Shown here piece by piece: positions 26,572 through 40,369 of a DNA stretch of 64,000 bases. This DNA is from Vicugna vicugna (taxonomy: Eukaryota). Below the pieces are notes generated by a model that made no database searches, was not told the origin of the DNA, and saw nothing but the letters and a program-made list of their open reading frames with translations. Position numbers and translations under genes: made by a program. The number at the start of each line of letters is the position of its first letter. Positions within the stretch are counted from its first letter, which is position 1. Location: contig MU058844.1 in assembly GCA_013265495.1 (NCBI GenBank), positions 2,645,520 to 2,709,519 of the forward strand, given 5' to 3'.

Positions 26572-27346
26572 TGTCACCATATTTGTCAAGATTTTTCCAA
26601 CATCAACAAATTCTCCACCTTCCTGGACATAAACTGAATATCCTTCAATTCTGACACTAATTACCTATGTTGGCACAGACCTGACAGGTTAAGGGCTCAT
26701 TTTCACAAAACTGCCACCCACTTCAGATGTCAGTTAGAAGTCCCAGATTGTCACCTGAACTTCTGACCAATTAGCTATAAATTAGGAGTCCCCACCACCC
26801 TCTCTTCAGTTTTAATTTGTTGCAATGGCTCACAGAGATCAAGGAAACATTTAAACATTTATTGATATTTATCAGTTTATTATAAAGGATATTACAAAGG
26901 ACATAAATGAACAGCATGATGAAAAAGTACACTAGGCAAGGTTTGGAATGGTCATGAGTGCAGGAGCTTCTGTTTCCATGGAGTTGGAGTGCACCACCTT
27001 CCCAGCACATGAATGCATTCACCAACATGGAAGCTCTCGAAACCCCATCGCTTAGAGTTTCTATGAAGGTTTTATTGTGTGGACACAAATCATTGGCAAT
27101 TAGTGACAACTTCAGTCTCTGGCCCCTTTCCCCTCCCCAGAGGTTGGAGGGTACAGTTGAAAGTTACAACCTTCCGATCATGCCTTTGTCTTTCTGGTGA
27201 CCAGACCCAATTCTGAAGCTGTCTAGGGACCCCAGGCACCAGTCATTTCATCAGAATTCAAGAAGACACTCATCAATCTAAAGATTCCAAGGGTCTTAGA
27301 AGTTCTGTGCCAGGATCCAGGGACAAAGATATCTCATTACATCACA
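26572..27346 (-). mobile_element. MER21-like solo LTR
   Basis: caattctgacactaattacct...acaggttaagggctca...acttcagatg, tttattataaaggatattacaaagga, cattcaccaacatggaagctctcgaaacc; ends atcaca. Confidence 0.85.
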
Positions 27347-28399
27347 ATTATCACAGAGGCAATACATTTTGTTTATTATATAAATCAACTTGGCATATGT
27401 GGAGCTAAAAACAGAGTAAATAAAAACTCTTGGGCACTGTTCAATTTGTATATCAAAACCAAAATAGTTACAGTATAATTAGAAAGAATTCTTTATTCTT
27501 TATTGCAAAGTACGTGCAGGTCTCCATATAGGAAACATTTCTTCATCGCTCCTCTTTGTTACCCTCTACCCACCACCTTTCATTAAGGAAGTCTATCACT
27601 GACATCAGCTATCACTCTCTTGCTGAAATCTAACAGTTGAGGATCAAAACTCGCATCCCGAATTAATCACTAGTAGAATCTGTTCATCCTATACCAATAC
27701 TTGAAATAAAACCATATGGGGATTTTGTTTATTGTGGAGAATCCACTCATACTAAAGCAACTGTAAGCAAAGTGTATTTATTCAAGATATTAAAGAGATG
27801 AGAGAGAAGGAGTACATATAGCAGGCATTTTACTTGGAAAAAAATTCCCTAACACACAGTCATTCCAAATCTCCTCTTAGCTACACGGTCACCCACAAGA
27901 CTTCCCTATCAATAGTTCATGTTCCAAACCTCAGGATCTTTCTGTTCCTTTTCAAAATAATTCAGGTCTTTTCAGTTTCTGATTCCAGATTTAGAAATTC
28001 TGGATCCACTCTGGTATACAGTCTGTAAAAATGTTATTGATCATGATAAACATGAAGATTTTTCTCTAAGCAAATGAAAGATGATCCACTGATTATTATT
28101 CAAAACTTCCTAAGAGTGACATGAATTATTATACATTGTAAAATTATTTCATCCATATATCAAATACATAAGAAGGATGAATAATTCTGAGGGGCATATT
28201 GTTGATCAGGAACTAAAAATGCAAATTTACAGTGAAATAAGGACTTGCTTTTTATACAATTTTCAGCATATTTTGGGTAGATATATATGCTAACACTACT
28301 GTCTCATCTCCCAGGCAACTTTCTTTTTTCTCCACTTGATATTCTATAAACTCCTGAATTCCAGAGGATACATCTCCAAAGATCCGGCAGAACTAAAAT

Positions 28400-28500
28400 T
28401 TCAAAAATATGGAACCACAGACCTCATAATTTTGAAGATTAAATAAGATGGTATCTGGCATGAAGAGAAGACTCAGTAAATATTAGTTATTATTATTACT
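28400..28500 (+). mobile_element. MIR 3' fragment
   Basis: acctcataattttgaagattaaataagat...tctggcatg...actcagtaaatattagttattattatt. Confidence 0.55.
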
Positions 28501-29324
28501 TCTGCAGTTTGGTCTACTTTCCTTCACACTCAGAGTGTGGAGATAGGGTGAGGGGTGGAGGAAATGGTCATTAGATCTTTCTCTGTAGGCTCACCTCCAG
28601 ACTTAAATACATGACTGACATTATTTCCTAATATGAAGGACAATATAGTGAGAAATTCCCTAACGTAGCTATAATTCAGGATGGACTGAGGATATAGCAG
28701 TGCATCATTCCTGACAAAACCCCAAAGACAAAAATAACATCAGAGCAAAGCAAGAAACATGTTCAAGAACTAAGTCTAGAAGCCAAGGCTCTCCATCTGA
28801 AGAATTTTAACAAAAATCAAAGACATTCTAGATGAGAAAATGGACACAAGGCAAGAAAGGCTGTCACAGGAGCCATCATTGAAGGAAAGAGAGAAAAGAG
28901 AGAATAAAAATAAGTTCAGAACACAAGTAACTCATTGTTTCTTATTTATATGAGGACTGCATAGGGGTTGGGGGTTTCTGCATGGTAAAGGTAGTGATGA
29001 GGAATAGTCAGTTTAATTACTTATTTAATAACTTTCAAATTCAGTCTCATGTTCCAGAATAAACATGAAGTCTATATTTGCTAAACTGATAAATATTCAG
29101 TAACTGTGATCCATCTCATTCAAAAAACCTAGCTGTTCACCTTCCTGCCTCAGTGTGACTCTATTTGCATACTGTTTTCTATCTTGAGGTTTAATTCTGG
29201 CAATCCCTCCATTGTCTGGTATCCTTCTAGGATGAGTCCAACAGCCTTCCCATAAATAATCACCCAATATGTTCATTATCATACACAAAGATCTCTGATG
29301 CTGCTATTTTTTTTAAAACAAATA

Positions 29325-32300
29325 AACTCCAAGTATGGTCAAAGTTGACACTACACAGGGATAATCCCACATAAAAACAGCCCTTCAAGACCATAGTAGA
29401 TAACTATTTCTCCTAAATTCATAGAGTCAGAGAAATATAAGCAAAATGGAGAAGCAAAGGAACCACTCCCAAATAAAACGAAAAGAGAAATAATCTGAAA
29501 GAACAGTGGAATAGACCTCTACAGGCTCCTAGGCCTCAAGTTCAGAAAGGAGATAACAAAAACACTGAAGGAATTAAGAGAAGCTATTGATAGCAATGCA
29601 GATTACTGTGAAAAGGAACTAGAAACTATAAAGAAGAGACGATTAAAATTAGAAAACTTATTTACCAAGACAGAAGCTGAGCTAAAAGCAATAAGTAGCA
29701 AACTGGATAATGCAGAAGAATGAATAAGTGATATGAAATACAGAACAATGAAAATTACCCAATCAGAGCAGCTGACAGAAAGGAAAAAAAAAAAGCGAAA
29801 GCAATATATGAGACCTATGGGATAATATAAAGCATCCCAATCTACTCACAATAGGGATTCCAAAGGAGAAGAATGAGAAAAGGGGATCAAAAATCTATTT
29901 GAAGAAATTATGGCTAAAAACTTCCCAAAACTGTAGAAAAAACAGACTTCTAGGTATAGGAAGCACAGAGGGTCCTAAACAAGATGAACCTAAACAGACC
30001 TATACCAAGACACATTATATAGTTAAAATGCCAAAAGTTAAATATAAAGAGAGGATTCTAAAGACAGTAAAAGAAAAAGAGTTAGTTATAAGGGAACCTA
30101 CATAAGACTCACAGCTGATTTCTCTACAGAGATATTGCAAGACAGAAGGGAGTGGCAAGATATACTCAAAATCTTGAAAGGGAAAAACCTGCAACTCTAC
30201 CCAGCAAGATTAACATTTAGAATAAATGAAGAAATAAGGATTTCTCAGACGAGCAAAAACTAAAGAATACAGCAATACTAAACCTAAACCTAAACCTATC
30301 TGAAAAGAAATATAGAAAGGTGTTTTCTAAATAGAAAAGAGGCAAAAATCTATAGGAAACAGAAAATCATAATTGGAAAATAAATCACTTGAACAAGCCT
30401 GTGCACAAATTAAAAACAAAACAAAACAAATTTTGTGAAAGCAATGATAACTACAAAGCACAGCAAAAGGATAAAAGTGAAGATGTAAAAGAAGACATCA
30501 AAATAATAAAATGTGGGGGAGGAAAATTTTTTTAAAATGTAGATTTCTGTATGATTACCAAATTGAAAGCAAGTAGATAAGATAATAAGTAACATATCTA
30601 ACAAAGGAAAAACAAAAAGAAAAAGGAATAAAGAAAAATACAAAATCTACTTGAAAACAAGGTTTAAAATGACAATAAACATTTATCAATAATTATCTTA
30701 AACATTAATGGACTAAATGTTCCAATCAAAAGACACAGAGTGGCAGATTGGATTACAAAACAAGAGCCTACAATATGCTGCCTACAAAAGACCCACTTTA
30801 TGACAAAGAACACACATAGACTGAAAATGAGGAGTTAGAAAAACTTATTTCATACAAATGGAAATGACAAGAAAGCAGGGGTAGCAATATTCAATATGAG
30901 ACAAAATAGACTTTAAAACAAAGCCCATAAAGAAAAATAAAGAAGAGTATCATATAATGATAAAAGGATCAATACAAGAGGAGGATATTGCACTCATTAT
31001 GCAATATGCACCCAATATAGGAGCACCTAAATCCATAAAACAAACACCAACAGACATAAAGGGAGAAAGTGACAGGAGTGCAATAATAGTAGGAGACTTT
31101 AAAACTCCACTCACATGAATGAACAGATCTTCCAGACAGAAAATCAAGAAGGCAATGGAGACATTAAATGATACAACAGAACAGTTAGGCTTAAGTGATA
31201 TTTTCAAGACATTGCATCCAAAACAAAACAAACAAACAAACAAACAAACAAAACCAACAGAATACACATTCTTTTCAAGTGCACATGGAACATTCTCTAG
31301 GCTTGACCAAATGCTAGGACACTAACAAGCCACAAGAAATTTAAGAGGATAGAAATTATTTCAGGCATCTTTTCTGACTACAATGATATGAAAGTAGAAA
31401 TCAACTACAGAAAGAAAAAATGAGAATAAAATGATTGCATAGAGACTAAAAAACATGCTACTAAAATACCAATGGCTAAATGATTAAATCAAAGAGGAAA
31501 TTAAAAAATTCTTTGAGACAAATGACAATGAAAACAATCATACAAAATCTATGGGATGTAGCAAAAGCAGTCCTAAGAGGGAAGTTCATAGCAATTCAGG
31601 CCTTCCTCAAAATACAAGAAAAATCTCAAATAAACAATCTTACATAACACTTAAAAGGCTTAGAAAAAGAAGAATAAACAATACCTAAATCCAGCAGAGG
31701 GAAGGGAATAATAAAAATTAGAGAGGAAATAAATAAAATAGAAGTTTACAAAATAGAAAAAAAATCAATAGAATCAAGAGCTGGTTCTTTGAAAGGGTAA
31801 ACAAAACCAATAAACCTCTGGCCAGGCTCACCAAGAAGAAAAGAGAGAGGACTGAAATAAACAAAATATGAAAGAGGAGAAATAACAACTGATGCTGCAA
31901 AAATACAAAAGGAGAGGATATTATGAACAATTATATGCCAACAAATTGGACAACCTAGAAAAAAATGGACAAGTTTCTAGAAACATATAGCCTGCCAAAA
32001 CTAAGTCAAGAAGAAATAGGTAATTTGAACACAACTGATTACTAGAAGTGAAATAGAATCTGTAATTTAAAAACAACAACAAAACTCCCTGCAAATAAAA
32101 GTCTAGGATCAGATGCCTTCACAGAGGAAATCTATTAAACATACAAAGAAATTATACCAGTTCTTCTCAAACTCTTCCAAAAGAAGAGGCCAGAACACTC
32201 CCAAAGTCATCCTATGAAGCCACCATCACCCTGATACCAAAGCCGACACACAATACTAAAACAGAAAATTCCAGGTCAATATCTTTGATGAATATAGATG

Positions 32301-32678
32301 CAAAAATTCTTCAACAAAATATTAGCAAACCGAATCTAACAACACATAAAAAGACCATACACCATGGTCAAGTTGAATTCATCCCAGGGTCATAAGGATA
32401 GTTCAATATATGCAAATCAATCAATGTCATGCACCACATCAACAGAAGAAAAGACAAAAACCACATAATCATCTCAATAGATGCAGATAAGGCATATGAT
32501 AAAATTTAATATCCATTCATGATAAAAGCTCTTACCTAAGTGGCTACAGAGGGAACATATCTCAACATAATAAAAGCTATTTATGACAAACCCAACATCA
32601 ACATTAATACTCAACTGTGAACGGTTGAAAGACTGCCCACTAAAATCTGAGCCAAGACAATGATGTCCGCTTTCACCA
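29325..32678 (+). mobile_element. L1: ORF1, spacer, ORF2 endonuclease and start of RT; 3' half missing
   Basis: ORF1 remnants (IVKMPKVKYKERILK); ORF2 start aatggactaaatgttccaatcaaaagacacagagtgg; EN peptide YTFFSSAHGTFSRLD; RT-region atcatctcaatagatgcaga. Multiple stops; (AAAC)n expansion at about 31220-31255. Confidence 0.95.
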
Positions 32679-32867
32679 TACATTCCCACCAACAATGTAG
32701 GAGGGTTCTCTTTTCTCCACATCCTCTCCAGAGTTCATTATTTGTAGACTTTTTGATGATGGCCATTCTGAACGGTGTGAAGTGATACCTCATCATAGTT
32801 TTGATTTGCATTTCTCTAATAATCAGAAATGCTGAGCATCTTTTCATGTGCCTGTTGGCCATCTGTA
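32679..32867 (-). mobile_element. L1 ORF2 C-terminal fragment, inverted relative to the adjacent L1
   Basis: Minus peptide [61 protein letters not shown]. Confidence 0.95.
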
Positions 32868-34439
32868 ATGGTACTCATATTTTAAGTGAGGCTTCAAGTT
32901 ATTCAGAAGTTAAAGATAGTGATAAAGAAATAATTTAGAACCTTCTGTCTTTAAAACTGTCCTTTCCTATCACTGAATTTCTTATTCTATATGCTAAAAA
33001 CCAATATGCAGAGATCAGGCCATTTATAATGCATGAATGTGCATGCAAACGCATATATACATATAAATTTGTGGGGAACTTAAAGATAGGCACTCCAGGT
33101 TTTCATTTATGAAGCTCAAAACAGTGACAACATCATTTATACTGCTGAAAAACAGCAATAATAATTAATTCCTAAAGGAAGAAAATTTCATATTCTTAAA
33201 GTACTATATAATTCTAGAATTGGAAGCAGCCTTTGAGATCATCTGTCCAAACTTCAGTCTTTTCTATGATATCCTGTCCATCTGTTAATTGACACCACAC
33301 TCTGTAGTATAATGAAGTCTTCAGCTTTCCTAGGGTCCATTCCATTTGTTTCCTTCCTAACAGTTCTCTGAATGTCCCTGTCAAGTTTACCATTATAGAT
33401 TACCACTATATATCTACCCCTTATAAATAATCTGGTGTGTGAACTAAAAAATTTCCTTGAATGCATAACTGTCCCTTTGGGATATCCGCCTGATGCATGC
33501 AATCTACATTTAAACACAGTGACAAGAATCTGAATCCCTAATGAAAGTGTCCATCCAGGTTTTTATGTTTCATTTTATTTTTAATGTAACTCTAAAGAAT
33601 AAAATCTTTCTTAATAAACCAGGATCCGACTCATGTTTTTTAACTCCCACAGATGGATTCTATTGTTGCTTTTCCATCTGCAGAATGCAGGGGAAAAAAG
33701 CCTACGTCCTTTTAATCCATTGCAGACAAAATCATTAAAAAGCATAGAAGCAAACTTCATTAACTCAGAATTTTCAACGACTCATAAAATCACAGTTATT
33801 TTGTTTTCTTTTTAATTCAAGTGTGCTTTAAAACTCCAGATCAAATTGTTCTACACATTTGGGCATATCATGGTTACCAATGTTCATACAGCTTTGTTTA
33901 AAAATGGTCTTCATACTGCCTATGGAACAATGTAAACAGTAGGGTGCTGTCCAGACTGATTTTCCTGAAAGGCTTAGAGGATTTTACCTGAAACAGTAAT
34001 TCATGTAGGCAACAATTTGCCTTAGAAAAATGGTTGTATTTTTGAGTAAACAAATAATCTATACTACCGTTATGAAAGTAAGTCTTAGCACATATGTTCG
34101 AAATTCTTAGTTATAAAATCCAACTGAAAATGTCCTTTACTATTTACTAAGAGGTATTTACGTAGTTATTCACAAAGAAGGAAAAGGTCATAACTGTTCT
34201 TTGTTTTGTCTTTCCTGTGGGATGCAAAATAAAGCTAAAACCTATACTTCCTGGTTTTAGACTCTTTTACAATCAATGTTAGAGTAATATGTACAACACT
34301 CACTCAAGAAAAATCCTGGCCTACAGAATGCAGCTTCTCTGGTCTAACTATCCTGGAAATCAGTATTTGACCACCAGTTTTCATTTGGTACCCACGTGGC
34401 TCAGATATTCATCTATAATAATCATTGATAAGTTCTGAG

Positions 34440-34731
34440 TTTTTGTTTATTTTATTATTTTTAAAGCAGCTTTATTTACACACTATATAATTCACTCACT
34501 TTAAGTGTATATTCAATGATTTGTGGTAAATTTACAGAGTTGTACAATCATCGAATTTTAGAACATTTACATGAATCCAAAAATAGACCTTGTGCCCATC
34601 TGTAGTCACGCCCCATTCTCACACTCAGCCTCAAACAACCAATAATCTGCCTTCTGTCTCTATAGATTTGCTCTTTATGGATAATTCATATAAATGGAAT
34701 CATATAAAATGTGACATTTTGCATCTGCCTT
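34440..34731 (-). mobile_element. L1MB-like 3' end with decayed poly(A)
   Basis: T-rich tail at 34440-34462; cttctgtctctatagatttg...catataaatggaatcatata. Possible degenerate TSD ttgataagttct (34425-34436) / ttgatgggttct (34732-34743). Confidence 0.85.
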
Positions 34732-37049
34732 TTGATGGGTTCTTTGATGGTGACTTTTAAATGACAGTAAAAGTATTCGTTGAGAATGACTCACCAAACC
34801 CGAGTCCTGAGTTCCATCCATTTGAAAAATATACAAAAAGAGCCAAATGAAGACAAAAACACATTAGCCAAAGATTTTAGTCTGAACACTGGAAGAGCAT
34901 CAGCTTTGCAGTATGGGCTGTCTCTCCACTCTCATCCACAGGAATGGGAGTAGATCTTTTAGAGCTTCAAAGCTGAGCTAACAAAACAAAACTCTGGCTC
35001 TTTCTTATGTCCCAGAAGACTCCAGAGTGGTAAAGAGGATACATGACAGCTCCAGCAATCTTCATACAAAGTTTAGAATGCACAAGAAATCATCTAGGCT
35101 ATGGGAGCCAGCCCATAGCAAAATTAAGCTTTCAGAAACCAGAATATAATCCAGGTACATATTTCTGATGTAAGGTAAAATCAGAAGGTAGATAGAGAAA
35201 GAAAGCAAGACAGCATTAAAGAAAGAGAAAACCTTTATTTCAGCCACATGTTTGTAATTCACAATCTGGAAATTTAACCACATTTAGGAAAAATTTTGTG
35301 ACAGTGTACCTCCCATATTCAGGGCAGAAAGCCATCTATACAACAGCCTGTATTTTAGACAGTGTCATTTGACACTCTTATCATCACTGGAAAATACAGA
35401 CATTCGCAGTGGTGATACTCCCAGTCTCCAGGACTTACTTGAGGCTCCTTTCTTGCTTTGCTGTCTCCCCACATAGCAAAATAAACATCATTTCAATATT
35501 CACCTTGAAGTTTTGCATTTCCAGCCCTCCAAGTTGAACTGACCCTGAACTCCATTTAGAAGGCAGGCACTCCATGATTATAACAGAAAAACTTTTTGAA
35601 AAGCTGAATGCCTTCAATTTTATCGTTGCTGTATCTTCTACCTTCATCCTCATTAAGATCATAAATTATTTTTAGATTTTTAGTACCATGCATATTGGCT
35701 ATTATCATGGAGTTTCCCTTATGAGCCCATCAAGGAGTAAGTATCTAAACAGGCACTCCGACATAGGTGCCCAAATGTTTCTTTGGTCCTAGTCTGATGT
35801 TGCACTCAGTGAGCCTATGCCTTTAGAGACCATTAAGACCTTTGCTACATGTTTTCTCCTCAAAACTCTTTTCTTCTGCACCAGCTAGTTCTCTCAAGCT
35901 TGCATGACCTTTACTACTCTTCTGTCACCCCAAATTCTAACTACTATATAATAGCTAACTTCATCCTGGCTTACAAACAGGATGCAGGAGGAATAACAGA
36001 AGAACAAATAAGAAGACTAGATACCAAAGCAAAATCTGCCCATCATTTCTCTCTCATTTTTACGGCCAGAGGTGGCCCTAGGAAATCCTTGGAGAAATAA
36101 AGCTGTTCCTGTATACTAAGCTCCCTAAAAGAGATTCCTAACTGAAGAAAGAAATCGCTATCCCTCTGTCTCTTTCTGCTTCAAACCAGATCTCTCCTAC
36201 TTCAAGATCCTGGACAAAGAGTTCTTGACCCTTGGGAAGAGACCTCTTGCAAAACACAATCTTGAACTGGTGTCTGGGGTCATACTAAAAGCTGTACACC
36301 TAAAGCCCAGTAGCCCAACACGTAAAACCAGCATGCGCGAGTTAAAACGAGTTTCCCAACCAGTGAGAATCAGTCAGTGCAGCTAAATGAAGTCTGTCCA
36401 TCTTTCTGTGGAACAATCTGTTCTCCAAATGTTAATCCATATTTTTTCATTCTAAAAGATACCCCACCTTGTAAACCATGTGCTGTAATGGAAAGCACTA
36501 ATTATTCCTCCCACAAATGATCTCCCACAAATTCTAGTCAATTGAAAAGTCACAGAAGTATTTCAGTGGGGTAAGTTTACAATATCAGCTTTAGGCCCAG
36601 GGGGAGAATATGGAGTATGGAGAGCTGAAATCTGCTTGGGTCTGCTAGATCAAAGCCCAATTTCTCACTTACTTTATGGAGAATGGAAACATGGTAAGCC
36701 CTTACTTATCCTGGGAGCAAGTAAACAATACCAAGAGAGCACAACAGGTAAGATTTAGGAGGATAGTACATATGAGCCATAATCTTTAACACACATAAGG
36801 AATTTGGATAAATTACTCTACTTCCAGGGAGAGGAGTAAGTAAGAAAACTGAGAAAAAGACAGGCACTGCTCCCCTGTTTTTTCTCAAAAGCCCAAAAGG
36901 ACTGAAGGAAATTTTACTTTTAAGGGATAAAATGGAAAATATGAGGAGAAGAGGAAAAAAATGATGTTTCTTAGATTCTAGACAGTCTGTGGATTGACAA
37001 CTTCATGCCATCCACCTTACTTTACAAATAATACTATAAAGTTGAAAAG

Positions 37050-37262
37050 AGTGTGCCATGGCAATTATGAGTATGAGCTCTTGAGATGTATTGTCCAAAG
37101 CCTGCCTCTGCCACCTACCTCAGATAAACCATTTAAACACTTAAAACTCAATTTTTTTTCTGTCAAAAAAGGTAATGATAGAGTCTACTTTAAAGATATT
37201 AAGTCAGTTCATGTGAAGTACTTGGCAAAATGCTTAAATCTTAGTTTTTGTTACTATTATTT
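37050..37262 (+). mobile_element. MIR
   Basis: cctgcctctgccacctac...ctcaattttttttctgtcaaaaaaggtaatgatag...catgtgaagtacttgg. Confidence 0.6.
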
Positions 37263-37760
37263 TTATAATATGTGACTAGTAATAACACTACACAATATAT
37301 GTAATATTAATAATTAATCCTTCATCATTAAAGAACTGGTGTAGCTCTGAGCAGTATCTCTTATCTGATAAATTATGCCCCCTTTATCATCAGCTATTGT
37401 TAATCAAGTCTCATTTTTACTTACTTATAATTGTTGGCCTTTGCATCTCCATTTGGCCGATATCATTACAAAGAATACTTGCTTCTTTCAAGGGCTCTGC
37501 AAACTAACTTTTCTGAGGTTCCTAATAAATAGATTCATAGCTCCATTTCTTGGTAAGTTTCTATAGTTCTACCGTGCTACGATGCCAAGCCGTGATCCTT
37601 TTGTCAGGAAAAATGACTTCCAAATCAGTACCCTTGAGAAAAGAATTCCCACTTGAGTTGAGTCATGGTTCCTGTGATTCTTGCGTGTTGTTATAAAAAA
37701 AGCTTCTCAGAGAGGAACGTGGGTTTTTGAACTAAACTACACCATGCCTGCTGCATAAGC

Positions 37761-37925
37761 CAGCAGTTCTCAAACACTGTCCACAAGTCAGCGACAGTAC
37801 AATCACCTGGGGAAAGTTTTCCAAAATTTTAGATTCCTAGTTCTCACTCCCAAAGATTCAATAAGTCAAGGCTGGAAGGAAGAGGGAAAACACCTATGAT
37901 CTGTGTGTGTAAGCTATTCTCCCAA
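37761..37925. mobile_element. MER5-like hAT MITE, left part
   Basis: cagcagttctcaaac...aatcacctggggaaagtt...agattcctag...cccaaagattca. Confidence 0.6.
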
Positions 37926-37934
37926 CATAACTGC

Positions 37935-38660
37935 TGACAGTATTTGCAAATCATATAAAAGGACTGATTTCCTTATCATATTAGAGGTGTCACAAAAAAT
38001 ATAGAAAAGACTAACAATATGAAAAAAACGGATCAAGGATATGAACAGATGGCACACACGTGGGCACATACACAAATGGCCAATAAATATATGAAGAGAT
38101 GCTCAACCTTACTCGTAATTAGAGAAACTCAAGTATAACAGAAAGGAGATTCAAATTTCCACAATCAGGATGGGCCAAGTAAGCCTTCGGGTAGTGCATT
38201 AGTAACTCTCAATTCACCTTGGTGGGAATTCAAATAAATGAAAAAATTTGGAAACCAGTTGCAACATCTAGCAGAATTTGAAATGCATATATCTTTGGAA
38301 GCAATATTTCACCAATGGTAATGTAACCTGTAAATATATACCGAAAAGTATATAAAGATACATATCAGAATGACCACTGAGGTTTCTGTGTAAAAGCAAA
38401 ACAAACACCGTAACACTCCTCCTGAGAGAAACAAGAAAACCAAATAGAGACCTGTGCATTCATACATTGGCATATGCCAGAACCAGTGAAAAGACTGAGG
38501 TGGATTTATACGTGATAATCCTGAAAGCCACCCATGAACTATTATTTGGTGGAAATAAGGAAAGTACAAAATCGAGTGCGTAGGCTGATCTTATTTGGGA
38601 TGGCTTATATGCAATACACCGTTCTGTACCTCTTGAATTTTATACCATGGAGATATTTAT
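37935..38660 (+). mobile_element. L1ME-like ORF2 3' end and 3' UTR
   Basis: tatttgcaaatcatataaaaggactgatttcc, caaatggccaataaatatatgaagagatgctcaacctt. Confidence 0.75.
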
Positions 38661-38689
38661 TTTAGTTTACTTTAGCTTTTAATTTGTCA

Positions 38690-38740
38690 GAAATCTCTCC
38701 TAGTGAGTTTGGTCAATTGCTAGGTTTGGAAATTATTATT
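38690..38740. mobile_element. MER5-like MITE, right part
   Basis: ctctcctagtgagtttggtcaattgctaggtttggaaattatt resembles a MER5 terminus. Confidence 0.4.
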
Positions 38741-38794
38741 ATGCTATCTAAATTGATTAAACACTGCATTGTTACAATTAATCACATATCTGGT

Positions 38795-38890
38795 TAACAC
38801 AGAGCTATCTCACTGGGCTGCTAGAAGATTAAATGAGATAATATATGAGAAGCACTTTTGGAAAGCATTGTGTAAATTACTGTTATCACA
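38795..38890 (+). mobile_element. MIR 3' fragment
   Basis: ctatctcactgggctgctagaagattaaatgagataatatatgagaagcacttt. Confidence 0.7.
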
Positions 38891-40369
38891 TTCAAGACTG
38901 GCTTAATATTTTGATTATTACTATAATGGCAAAATCCTAGGGATAGAGGATATAAAAGTAAGTAAGGCAGACTACATGACCTTGAGATGTTTACATTATA
39001 ATAAAATAAATGTATAAAAAAAGAGGAATACAGTATAACCAGCACTACAAAAGAGGCATAAAATTACCATGAGAATATAATTTGCTGTACAAAGGGAATA
39101 CTTAACACAAAAATTGTTAGAAGTTCCTCAGTAAAAAAAAAAAAAAGAAAAAGGACATTAACATTAAAGGGAAGATCTCATTCAATGAGTGTAAGAGAAC
39201 ACAGCTTACTCAGGAAAATGTGAATAATTCTACGTAGTTGACACATGGAATGTACTTACCGGATTTTCTAAAAATGTTTATTCAACAAAACACACTTAAC
39301 ACTATTGGCCACATTCTGATCTTCTGCGATAATGCTAGAAAGAGTTTCATATCCTGTAATTCCATGGTATCACCTTACGTATGTTGCTATGCCTGTTTCA
39401 AAGCAGGAAAAGATCTGATCTAGACCATCGTTAGGATGGTGAGTAAATCAGAATTTCATGAAATCATTAACACCCAGCTTCTGAGGGACTTTTAATTTGT
39501 TTTCTAAAGAAAATCTATTAGGGCAAAATCTATGACTATATTTGTTACATGCTCCTGCTTATGTTATTATCATGTAGTCATTCGGACACAATGAACAGTA
39601 GAGAATAATTACTAATAAATAGAGAGAGCATTGTGGGAAAAGACAATGTTAATGAGCAGAATATTTGTGAGTCTAATTATGTTTGTAAGTAAAAAATAGT
39701 TTCTATCTCTTTTTTTTTCCCCCATTAGAAAACATTTTGACACTGAAAAAATACTTTCATAATGTAATTCACTTTTGCTCGGAACATTTTGTATTTCTAA
39801 TTCATATGAATGATTATTTCCTTCCTCTCCCTCTCTCCTGTCTTTTATTTTCGCATTGTTAGTATAGCTGTTAAACGTTTGGTTATAAATATGTGCTTTG
39901 TGGCTGGAGTCAATGGGATAGCTACTTTTTCATTTAACAGTGTTATATATAAATTTTCAAATTCACCAGATAATTTTTAGTTTTTTCTTACTTTGTCGAA
40001 GTATTTACTCCTTGAGTGATTCCAGGTTTGTACTTCAGTTAAGTAGGATCCAAATCTGCAGTTCGAGGCTCATGACTATTCCTTTCTTTCTAGAGTAAAA
40101 CAGACATTAGACGGTTCTTGGCCAAACCAAAATATATTTCCAAAGTACATTTCCAAATTCACATTACAGAAAAATCTTACTAAAATATATTAGACCATTT
40201 GTATTCCTAATATTATGTGCCCTCTTTCTACATAAAAATGGTTAAAGTATACAGATTCTATAATAATAATTCTACATGATGTTTTCTTAGGTTGACAACC
40301 AGCTGCTGTTGACTTGAAAATGAAGCTACTGCCAACTGGACTAAAGTTATTTGGTCTTAATGTTTGATT

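Noticed and set aside
26108..27200. Cluster of 60-112 aa ORFs
   Set aside because: Explained by low-complexity TA/CA sequence and the MER21-like LTR.
29899..32862. ORFs with recognisable protein motifs (29899-30105, 31119-31325, 32611-32862)
   Set aside because: They are fragments of L1 ORF1/ORF2 broken by stops and frameshifts, not host genes or an active element.
35435..35662. 75-aa minus ORF ending at a GTAAGT donor-like site
   Set aside because: No recognisable domain and no clear acceptor; compatible with chance.
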